From: Spirochaetia bacterium
Lineage (GTDB): Bacteria; Spirochaetota; Spirochaetia; UBA9216
Reading direction: 5' to 3'
NCBI GenBank assembly: GCA_965140585.1
Contig: OZ223269.1
Location: 715,542 to 779,541 of the forward strand
Length of the DNA: 64,000 nt
This document shows positions 10,784 through 18,730 of this stretch, in pieces. The notes under the pieces are model-generated. The model had not been told where the DNA came from. It made no database searches and was given only the letters and a program-made list of their open reading frames with translations. Position 1 is the first letter of the stretch; each line of letters opens with the position of its first letter. Made by a program: the position numbers and the translations under genes.

Positions 10784-11233
10784 ATGAACAATAGAAAAAA
10801 TTTTTTACTAATATTGATGATAGCGACAGTTGGAGTTGTCTTCTCTCAATCAAATGATCTGATTGACGAAACACTTTCACAGATACAACTGAGCTGTGGT
10901 AACGGTGCATATCTTGCACTTACCGCTGCAGGTTTGATCAGCGAAAACTCAACAGATGAAGAAGCTGTGTCCTTTTTAAAACAGGAAGGCTGGATTGGAA
11001 AATCACGCAGTGCTGATGAGCCAATGACTCTTGGTGAATACTCACTGGCCTTAATGAAAAGCTTCTCAATGCCGGGAGGTATAATGTATACAATCTTCCC
11101 ATCAGCACGATACGCTTCAAGAGAGTTAGGGTATCTAGGTTACATCAGCAAGGATTCCGGAGCCTATCGCAGTTTGAGTGGTAGTGAAGCAGTATCCATT
11201 CTCGGTCAGATTATAAGGAGCAGAAGCAAATGA
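10784..11233 (+). CDS. Small exported protein of unknown function (first gene of the exported-protein operon)
   Basis: 149 aa with an N-terminal signal peptide and no recognised domain. Its stop overlaps the next start (ATGA). Confidence 0.5.
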   Translation: MNNRKNFLLILMIATVGVVFSQSNDLIDETLSQIQLSCGNGAYLALTAAGLISENSTDEEAVSFLKQEGWIGKSRSADEPMTLGEYSLALMKSFSMPGGIMYTIFPSARYASRELGYLGYISKDSGAYRSLSGSEAVSILGQIIRSRSK

Positions 11234-12519
11234 CGAAACGAACAATAATTTTTCTGTTACTTATTCGTGTGACGGTAATGGGTATCAGCGCTGCCGATTT
11301 CGGGTTAACTACAGATGCTACTTCTTCACTGCCGTATACCAGCGGGACAGATATCGACTGGACTGGTCTGACTTATACAGTAAAAAGCGCGCTCTGGGCA
11401 AACGGACGGCTAAGCGATGAATTGACTGGGGAAGTTCAGGGAGGATTTACGATAACTGAAAGCCGTGTTTTCCTGTTGGAACTCGATCAGCTTCAGCTTG
11501 CCGGAAGTTTTATTTTACCGGGATCCCCTGCAGGAGCGCTTTCTTTTAAAGCCGGGCGTATTTCTTTTTCTGAATTCTCGGGCAAGGTTTTTGTGCATAC
11601 GGGGGATGGAATCAGTTTTGAATATGGACTGCCCGGTATGAGTATGTCAGCTTTCGGAGCTTATACCGGACTACTGCAGGGACCTTCATCGACCATCTTG
11701 ATGAATAATTCGGATGTTGCCGCTCAGGCAGTAACCCCCTTGCCATTATGGGGTCCGCTTTCTTCTCCACGAATTGTAGAGGGTGTTTCATTTACATTTC
11801 CTGAGCTCTTTGCTCAGCAGACTCTTATTCTGACAGGTATTTTTCAGCAGGATATGAGGCCGGTTGACGAATTCGTAACCGGTGATTCAGCAATAAATAC
11901 ATTCTATGCAGGATTCGGGCTTATGGGGCCGATTCAGCCGGTCGCTTCACTCTTCTACAGTATATACGGATACGGTAATACCGGCTGGTATGGCAGCAAT
12001 ACTATCCTTTCATACATTGCTGGTGGCGGAATAAATTATCTTATGCCTAAGTTCCTTTCGTCACGGTTTGCACTTGAATTTACTTATTCAAGCGGTGATG
12101 CCGATCAGTCTGTTTTTTACGAAGGAAATACTGCAGGTTATTCAAACTCCTTCATTCCTATAACCCCGGCTCCTGCCGGTTTGGTATTTACCGCTCAGCA
12201 GACAAATCTCTTTTATTTGAGCTGCGGCTATTCAATCAAACCGTTTTCTATGACTGGTAGTGCCGCTCTGCAGAATACAGTGGTTCTTCTGAAAGGCATT
12301 GGTTTTTTCAGGAGCACAACGGGGGCAATAAGCACTGGCGGAGTAAAAACCGGAGAAACTGGACTGTATCTTGGTACAGAGGCAGATTTAAGTATAATGG
12401 CAAGGTTTCTGTCTGATTTAGGCTTTTCATTGTCGGGCGGAGTCTTCTTTCCGTCAGATATAATGGAGACTACTTCGCCTCAGATTAAAGCAACTGTAGC
12501 TGTATCATTATCGATGTAG
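11230..12519 (+). CDS. Exported protein, possibly an outer-membrane beta-barrel
   Basis: 429 aa with signal peptide. Aromatic/Gly-rich alternating hydrophobic pattern (YSIYGYGNTGWYG...). Translationally coupled to the upstream gene. Confidence 0.45.
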   Translation: MTKRTIIFLLLIRVTVMGISAADFGLTTDATSSLPYTSGTDIDWTGLTYTVKSALWANGRLSDELTGEVQGGFTITESRVFLLELDQLQLAGSFILPGSPAGALSFKAGRISFSEFSGKVFVHTGDGISFEYGLPGMSMSAFGAYTGLLQGPSSTILMNNSDVAAQAVTPLPLWGPLSSPRIVEGVSFTFPELFAQQTLILTGIFQQDMRPVDEFVTGDSAINTFYAGFGLMGPIQPVASLFYSIYGYGNTGWYGSNTILSYIAGGGINYLMPKFLSSRFALEFTYSSGDADQSVFYEGNTAGYSNSFIPITPAPAGLVFTAQQTNLFYLSCGYSIKPFSMTGSAALQNTVVLLKGIGFFRSTTGAISTGGVKTGETGLYLGTEADLSIMARFLSDLGFSLSGGVFFPSDIMETTSPQIKATVAVSLSM

Positions 12520-12541
12520 CAGAATAAACGGAGGAAAAGTA

Positions 12542-13501
12542 ATGAAAACATTCAGATTCTATTTAATAATTATATGTCTTGTTTTTATAACGAATTTTTT
12601 ATATAGCACAGATTTAAAGGCCATTGTACAGGAAGCGAACGGTAAGGTTGAAGTAAAAAGAGGAGGCGCGGCATGGGAATCGGTAAAGGTTGGTGATATT
12701 TTGTCTTCCGGAGACAGTATTTCAACCGGTTTTAACTCAAAAGCCGTGCTCGTCCTGGGCGATACCTCAGTCCTTGTAGCGAAGGATCTTACAAGGCTTA
12801 CGCTTGCCGAACTATATGAGAAGGAAGGAACGGTTGTGACCGATCTTTTTCTCGATATAGGAAATATTAGGGCTGAGGTTCATTCAAGCGATGAAGTTTC
12901 CAACGATTTTCAAGTTAGGAACGCCAATTCGACCGCATCGGTCAGGGGGACGGTCCTCGATGTTGCAATACTCGGCGACGGCCGGGGGATGAAAGTAATG
13001 GCTTGGGATGGTATGGCTCTGGTTACGGACATCCGTTCTGGTAGAAAGGCTCAGGTTGGAGAAGCTAAAAAGAAGAAGGATGAAAAAGCCGGCCAGGATT
13101 CCGAAGAATCCGGAGACGGAGAAAGTGAAGATAGCGGGAGTGGAGAATCCGGTTCTGATGATGGAACAGATTCTGAAGGCGGCGGGTCAGGTGCGGACAG
13201 CGAAACTGGAGCAGCAAATATGGGAATGCCTTCGGAACCTCCGGCGGAAATAGCTGCAGCGCCGCTTATGGCAAGCGGGAATGGTGGCGGAATGGTGTCG
13301 TCCATGGCTTCTGCAATAGCAGCATCAACCGTAACAGTAAGTACTAAACCTCCTTCACCTGCAGTTATTTCTACCGGCGGTGGTACCTCGGCATCGACTG
13401 AAACAGCAGCGGCAGCCGTAGTTGAAGAAATAATCGGAGGAACAACACTTCCTGTAATTACAACTAGCTCTGTAAGCATTCAGGTTGTATGGCCGGAATA
13501 G
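12542..13501 (+). CDS. FecR-domain exported protein with acidic G/S/E/D low-complexity linker and Ser/Thr/Ala-rich C-terminus
   Basis: 319 aa. N-terminal TM/signal segment. FecR-like beta-sandwich region (VEVKRGGAAWESVKVGDIL...AVLVLGDTSVLV). Then KKKKDEKAGQDSEESGDGESEDSGSGESGSDDGTDSEGGGSG. Confidence 0.6.
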   Translation: MKTFRFYLIIICLVFITNFLYSTDLKAIVQEANGKVEVKRGGAAWESVKVGDILSSGDSISTGFNSKAVLVLGDTSVLVAKDLTRLTLAELYEKEGTVVTDLFLDIGNIRAEVHSSDEVSNDFQVRNANSTASVRGTVLDVAILGDGRGMKVMAWDGMALVTDIRSGRKAQVGEAKKKKDEKAGQDSEESGDGESEDSGSGESGSDDGTDSEGGGSGADSETGAANMGMPSEPPAEIAAAPLMASGNGGGMVSSMASAIAASTVTVSTKPPSPAVISTGGGTSASTETAAAAVVEEIIGGTTLPVITTSSVSIQVVWPE

Positions 13502-13520
13502 GCTGGCAAGGTTGAACCGA

Positions 13521-14834
13521 ATGAAAACAAGACTAAATTTAATTATTTTAATAATTACAGTTATCCTGATTGGCTCCTGTAATCCGCTTATTATAGAGGA
13601 GCCTAATCTTAGCTATGTATCAATAGATACAGGGATAACACTTGGCTTTGCTGGCAGTAGGGCTTCTGTGAGTGATGTGGCATCTTTCCGACTAAAGGTT
13701 GAAGCTTCGGACATGGAAGAAATTGAGCAGACTTACACCGAAAGTATTATTAACATAAAAGTGGAAGCCGGAAGCGGACGAACTTTTACACTGACAGCTT
13801 TTGATGCAATCGGAAACAATCTGTTTTCCGGTAGCAGTAAAGTTGATCTTGTTGCAGGACAATCTGCTGAAATAGTTATAACAATGGATTATTCCGGTTT
13901 CTACGTCATTTTCAACACTAACGGTGGAGGAACCATCTCGACAAAGTATGTTGAAAGCGGTGGAATCCTGACTACTCCAACAGTACCTGTAAAAACAGGT
14001 TATGCATTTGGAGGTTGGTATTCAGATGCTGACTTTATTGCATTATGGAACTTCAGTACAGATACAGTTAATTCTGATGTAACTCTGTATGCCAAATGGA
14101 CTGCAAACACATATTCTTTAACCTTTGATGGTAACGGTTCTTCCGGTGGAGCAATGACAAACCTTTCTGTTGATTATGATGGGACTGTTTCTCTGACATC
14201 CAACGGATATACTTTAACTGGGTATACGTTTATAGGATGGAACACTGCAAGTAATGGATCAGGCATTTACTATGCTGATACTGCCAGCTATACACATACA
14301 ACAGCAGGAAACATTACTCTATATGCTCAGTGGCAGGTTCTTCCAAGTCTGAATTTTATCCAGACTGATGTTCTTGGTAGTACATCGCCTTATACAGGAT
14401 GGAACTGGACGCGATATAATGATACTGTTAATTCAAATAGTTTTTTGATTACACCCAGCAGCTCTGCAAATTATTATACTATAGAGGTTTCTGATGGTAC
14501 TGAAACTGTATTTACAAGTATTCAGCTTTATGATACCGGAAACTGGAGTACCGCTACAATTAATTTCTATGCTTATTCTAACGGAGTTCAAACCGGTTCT
14601 GAAACTTATACAGGCGATGTTCCATATGCAACTGGGGGATATAAACATACTTTCAGTGATACAGCTTTCAGTAATGCCGATATGATAGTTATTCAACCGT
14701 TGCAATCTGATGGAACATCCCCGACTCCTATATGTCTTGATGATATTATTACCGATTTGTTTGGTACGATAGATTTTGAAACAACAACCGGGCTAAGCGG
14801 GACTAGTACACCAACCGTGACTTATACACCTTAA
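13521..14834 (+). CDS. Lipoprotein carrying Listeria-Bacteroides (Flg_new-type) repeats. Paralog of 14970..16073
   Basis: Start chosen at MKTRLNLIILIITVILIGSC (lipobox); the track ORF begins 36 nt earlier. Repeats of the form TGYAFGGWYSDADF...VTLYAKWTANTYSLTFDGNGSSGG...YTFIGWNTASNGSG...ITLYAQW. Confidence 0.65.
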   Translation: MKTRLNLIILIITVILIGSCNPLIIEEPNLSYVSIDTGITLGFAGSRASVSDVASFRLKVEASDMEEIEQTYTESIINIKVEAGSGRTFTLTAFDAIGNNLFSGSSKVDLVAGQSAEIVITMDYSGFYVIFNTNGGGTISTKYVESGGILTTPTVPVKTGYAFGGWYSDADFIALWNFSTDTVNSDVTLYAKWTANTYSLTFDGNGSSGGAMTNLSVDYDGTVSLTSNGYTLTGYTFIGWNTASNGSGIYYADTASYTHTTAGNITLYAQWQVLPSLNFIQTDVLGSTSPYTGWNWTRYNDTVNSNSFLITPSSSANYYTIEVSDGTETVFTSIQLYDTGNWSTATINFYAYSNGVQTGSETYTGDVPYATGGYKHTFSDTAFSNADMIVIQPLQSDGTSPTPICLDDIITDLFGTIDFETTTGLSGTSTPTVTYTP

Positions 14835-14856
14835 TTTTAAGTATTAAAATTCAAAT

Positions 14857-14892
14857 CAGGGGATATCTGAAAATATCAGGTGTCCCCTTTTG
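14857..14892 (+). terminator. Putative intrinsic terminator between the two paralogous lipoprotein genes
   Basis: AGGGGA...TCCCCT stem containing an inner hairpin, followed by TTTTG. Confidence 0.4.
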
Positions 14893-14969
14893 AATAATCA
14901 TTATTGAATTAAAATTAATTATACGTCTGTATTTTTCTGTTATCAGTATCTTTATACAGAGGAGAGCTA

Positions 14970-16073
14970 ATGAAAACAAAACCGTTTTTAATATTTATAA
15001 TAATTGTGGTTATTATAGCCGGTTCCTGTAGTCCTTTTATCATGGAGGAGATTAATCTAAGCAAAGTATCGATAGATACCGGAATAATGCTTTCATCTGC
15101 CGGCAGCAGGGCTGCAGCAGGCGATGTGGTTTTATTCCGGCTAAAAGTGGAAGCGGATGACATGGAAACTATTGAAAAAGAATTCACAGAGAGTGAGATA
15201 AGCCTTGATGTGAAAGCCGGCGCTTCACGCACATTTACCCTGGAGGCTCTTGATGCAGATGACAACAAACTATTCTCCGGTGGTTCTACGAAAACTTTGA
15301 CTGCCGGTCAGTCTGTTTCAGTTAGTATAACGATGGATTATTCTGGTTTTTATGTCAGTTTTAATACAGACGGAGCAGGAACCATCTCGACGCAGTATGT
15401 TGCAAGCGGCGGACTTGTAACTGCACCGACAGAACCTGTAAAAACAGGATACACATTCGGCGGCTGGTATACAGATGCTGCCTTTACTACAGCTTGGAAT
15501 TTGGCTTCAAGTATTGTCAATTCTGATATAACGCTTTATTTGAAATGGAATCTTCTTGCAGTCGGGAACATTGGACCAAGCGGAGGTTATGTTTTTTACG
15601 ACAAGGGAGCATATTCTGACGGTTGGCGTTATATTGAAGCCTACCCAGTAGATTTATATAATTCAATTGCCGCTGATTATTGGTTTTACTTTGCAAATGC
15701 TCAAAATGGTTATGATGTTACAACAACTACATCAGCAATTGGCTCTGGTTTGGAAAATACTGCATTAATAGTGGCACAAAGGGAAACAGCAAATCCTTCA
15801 ATTGATTCCAATACAGCAGCTCAAGTATGTGATACCGCTAACAGTTACGGTTATTCTGATTGGTTCCTGCCCTCGTATAATGAGCTATACTTGATGTATT
15901 CAGAATTGCATTTAAACAGTTTAGGATCCTTTACTGATACATCATACTGGAGTTCAACAGATACAGAGAATGACGATTGTGCATGGGCATTAAATTTTTC
16001 AAACGGGTCAGGCGCTTCCGGTGGGAACTGGCATTCGAACGGCGGTTATGTGAGGCCTGCAAGACGATTTTGA
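14970..16073 (+). CDS. Lipoprotein with the shared N-terminal module and a C-terminal DUF1566 (Lcl C-terminal) domain
   Basis: 367 aa. Lipobox IIAGSC with RBS GGAGAG. The first ~190 aa are ~65% identical to 13521..14834. C-terminus carries YSDWFLPSYNELYLMY...YWSSTD...AWALNFSNGSG...GYVRPAR (DUF1566 signature). Confidence 0.7.
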   Translation: MKTKPFLIFIIIVVIIAGSCSPFIMEEINLSKVSIDTGIMLSSAGSRAAAGDVVLFRLKVEADDMETIEKEFTESEISLDVKAGASRTFTLEALDADDNKLFSGGSTKTLTAGQSVSVSITMDYSGFYVSFNTDGAGTISTQYVASGGLVTAPTEPVKTGYTFGGWYTDAAFTTAWNLASSIVNSDITLYLKWNLLAVGNIGPSGGYVFYDKGAYSDGWRYIEAYPVDLYNSIAADYWFYFANAQNGYDVTTTTSAIGSGLENTALIVAQRETANPSIDSNTAAQVCDTANSYGYSDWFLPSYNELYLMYSELHLNSLGSFTDTSYWSSTDTENDDCAWALNFSNGSGASGGNWHSNGGYVRPARRF

Positions 16074-16122
16074 TTCTTGATGAATAAACAGAACCGGATT
16101 GAAATAGAAGGACAGGTATCCT

Positions 16123-16153
16123 TTCGTAAAATGATTTCAGCAGGTTGAATACT
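16123..16153 (+). terminator. Hairpin (10-bp stem GATTTCAGCA/TGCTGAAATC), possible terminator or attenuator
   Basis: Perfect inverted repeat in the intergenic region 16074..16189. The downstream T-tract is weak. Confidence 0.3.
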
Positions 16154-16189
16154 TGCTGAAATCTGTATTTACATTTAAAAATAAAGGGA

Positions 16190-17239
16190 ATGAATATCAA
16201 GACTAAAAAAATAATTCTCGTTGTTCTTCTTATTGTTATCCTTGCTTCAATACTTTATTTTGGGCTTAAATCTCATGGAAGTTTTTTGTTTAATAATATC
16301 GAAGCAAACGGAAAAGACGGGTTGATAATTAGTAATTATTCGATAATATTTACAGAAAGCGGAATCCTGCCGAATTTCCCTGAGAAGGATTGTTTTTCGA
16401 TATCAATATCTTTCAAGGCAGAAAGCTTAACTGAAAAAAGATTTCAATTTATAATGGTTGTGACGGACGGAAATCCACAAAAGCAGTTTCTTGTAGGGCA
16501 GTATCTTGATACTCTTGTAATCATGAACGGAACAGATTACGGCAACTATAAACGTGAACCGAAAATATATCTGAAAATGGATGAGTCTGCGGAAGAGATC
16601 CTGCTGGAAATTGAATCTGCTCATAACAATATAAATATCAGCTTTAACGGAAAATCAGTGAAAAAGTCAGAGAGTATCGGTTTTTCACTACCTCTGGATA
16701 CAAATAAGGCAAGGCTGATACTTGGAAACAGTCCATCAGGACGTAATCCATGGGCTGGAACTATAAAAAATATTGAAATATTCAATTTCGGTGAGACAAA
16801 TCCTGTGCTTGCATATTCTTTTAACAGTACAATAAGAAATAATCAAATATTGCCGTCTTCCGGTAATTATCCACTTGTTATTCCTGAAATGATAAAAGAA
16901 TTGTATCCGGTTTATCTTCAGTTTCCGGGAGCGGAAATTTTATTTTCGAAAAATCTTCAGCGTGATGTGATAATAAATCTTATTGGGTTTATACCGCTCG
17001 GTTTAATTTTAACTCCAGGATGGTATTTATTCACTAAAAGGAAGTACGGATTCTTGATAGTTGTTTTTATATCATTTGGAACTAGCTTTTTTATAGAGAT
17101 CAGTCAGGTATTGATACCTGGACGCAATTCATCATCACTCGATCTTCTTTTGAATACAGCCGGCGGATGTTTGGGTTATTTATTATTTAATACATATTCA
17201 AAAATTAGAGAGCATTTCGAAAGCCTGAAAGCTGGATAA
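16190..17239 (+). CDS. Membrane protein with N-terminal TM anchor, LamG/concanavalin-like region and a C-terminal VanZ-like domain
   Basis: 349 aa. C-terminal PLGLILTPGWYLF...FIEISQVLIPGRNSSSLDLLLNTAGGCLGYLLF is VanZ-like. Confidence 0.5.
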   Translation: MNIKTKKIILVVLLIVILASILYFGLKSHGSFLFNNIEANGKDGLIISNYSIIFTESGILPNFPEKDCFSISISFKAESLTEKRFQFIMVVTDGNPQKQFLVGQYLDTLVIMNGTDYGNYKREPKIYLKMDESAEEILLEIESAHNNINISFNGKSVKKSESIGFSLPLDTNKARLILGNSPSGRNPWAGTIKNIEIFNFGETNPVLAYSFNSTIRNNQILPSSGNYPLVIPEMIKELYPVYLQFPGAEILFSKNLQRDVIINLIGFIPLGLILTPGWYLFTKRKYGFLIVVFISFGTSFFIEISQVLIPGRNSSSLDLLLNTAGGCLGYLLFNTYSKIREHFESLKAG

Positions 17240-17251
17240 AGCAGGTATGAA

Positions 17252-17276
17252 AGGGCTGACTTTAACCGTCAGCCCT
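17252..17276. terminator. Hairpin AGGGCTGAC-TTTAACC-GTCAGCCCT between convergent genes
   Basis: 9-bp perfect stem. Flanking A/T tracts are weak on both strands. Confidence 0.35.
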
Positions 17277-17295
17277 GAATAAATAATTGGTAAAC

Positions 17296-18543
17296 TTATT
17301 TTTCGTTTGCAGTCTTGAGAATACAGTGGAGAAGTACGTTTGCACCTCTTTCACAGTCTTCATAAGGCGTATCTTCAACTTCTACATGACTGCGTCCGTT
17401 AATTGACGGAACAAAGATCATCGCGCCTCTGGTAACCTGGTTAACTTCACTCATGTCGTGACCGGCACCTGATACCATCCTCATTGATGAATAACCGAGT
17501 TCTTCTGATGTCTCAACCACTCGATCCCATAATTCCTTATCGAATGGAGCATGAGCAACTTTCCAGGTTTCTTCGGTTCTTATAGGACAACCTCTTCGTT
17601 CAGCAATGACTTCGAACTCTTTTTTCATCATTTCCCATGCTTTGATTGCATGTTCATCATCCCATGATCGAATATCTACGGTGAAGTGAACCTTATCCGG
17701 TATGATATTTCTTGAATTAGGATAGTTCTGAATTTCGCCTACTGTTCCAACCATATCACCGAACTGATGAGCAACTTTATTTACCACCATATTCATTTCA
17801 GAAAATGCGAGGAGCGCGTCGTTTCTTCCTACCATCGGTGTAGGTCCAACCTGGTTGGCTGTTCCTTCTAGATAGATGTCATACCAGTGAAGACAGAGAA
17901 TTCCCTTTGGAGCTCCAATCTGAATGCCTTCTTTTTCAAGCTGGGGTCCCTGTTCGATGTGAAGCTCGTATGCTGCATAGATATTCCATTCTTTGTGGGA
18001 GCATGGGTAAGTGCCCTTGTAGCCGATTCTCTCAAGCTCTTCACCGAAAACAGTGTTCCCGTCCCGGTCTTTTCTTTCATAGGCCCATTCTTTGGTATGA
18101 TTACCAACCCAAACACCTGAACCCATACATGCGGGAGCAAACCAGCCGCCTTCTTCGTTGGTCCAGTCTACTATAATGAAATCTCTTTCAAGTTCGATGT
18201 TATTCTCGTTGATAACACGCATTACCTCAAGTGCTCCAAGAACACCGAGAATACCGTCAAACCTTCCGCCGGGTTTCTGTGTGTCAAAATGAGACCCGGT
18301 CATTACTGCGCCGAGTTCCGGATTCTTACCCGGACGACGGGCAAAAATGTTTCCCATTTCATCAATAGTGATTTCACAACCACATTCCTTGTACCATTTA
18401 ACAAGAAGATCTCTTCCGATTTTATCTTCATCAGTTGCGGCACATCTAATCAGACCATTATTTTCTGTTTTTCCGATTTTGGCCGATTCTTCGAGGGTGC
18501 TTTTTAGTCTGGCACCATCGATCCGTAATTCTTTTAGATCCAT
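17296..18543 (-). CDS. M20-family Zn-dependent amidohydrolase (N-carbamoyl-amino-acid hydrolase, allantoate amidohydrolase or beta-ureidopropionase type)
   Basis: 415 aa. N-terminus MDLKELRIDGARLKSTLEESAKIGKT...DKIGRDLLVKWYKECG...TGSHFDTQ.GGRFDGILGVL is typical of the AmaB/HyuC/AllC family. Confidence 0.8.
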   Translation of the reverse strand: MDLKELRIDGARLKSTLEESAKIGKTENNGLIRCAATDEDKIGRDLLVKWYKECGCEITIDEMGNIFARRPGKNPELGAVMTGSHFDTQKPGGRFDGILGVLGALEVMRVINENNIELERDFIIVDWTNEEGGWFAPACMGSGVWVGNHTKEWAYERKDRDGNTVFGEELERIGYKGTYPCSHKEWNIYAAYELHIEQGPQLEKEGIQIGAPKGILCLHWYDIYLEGTANQVGPTPMVGRNDALLAFSEMNMVVNKVAHQFGDMVGTVGEIQNYPNSRNIIPDKVHFTVDIRSWDDEHAIKAWEMMKKEFEVIAERRGCPIRTEETWKVAHAPFDKELWDRVVETSEELGYSSMRMVSGAGHDMSEVNQVTRGAMIFVPSINGRSHVEVEDTPYEDCERGANVLLHCILKTANEK

Positions 18544-18730
18544 ATGATATCGTCCTCCTGAAAAATTACAAACATTTTATTCCGGCGGGTAATCCGGATG
18601 TGTTAAAATGTTTGCCCGAACATATACATACATAATACCAGATAAGAATGAATGATGCAAACAAAATTACCTAAAAGTTATATATTGACCATAGGCAGAT
18701 CATCGGCTTAAGCTGAAACGGGAGAATTAT

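Noticed and set aside
18544-18730. Intergenic regions screened for tRNA or small RNA genes (18544..18730, 37506..37641, 39571..39666, 42665..42790)
   Set aside because: No cloverleaf-compatible sequence with conserved T-loop or anticodon-arm features. The regions are AT-rich divergent promoter regions.
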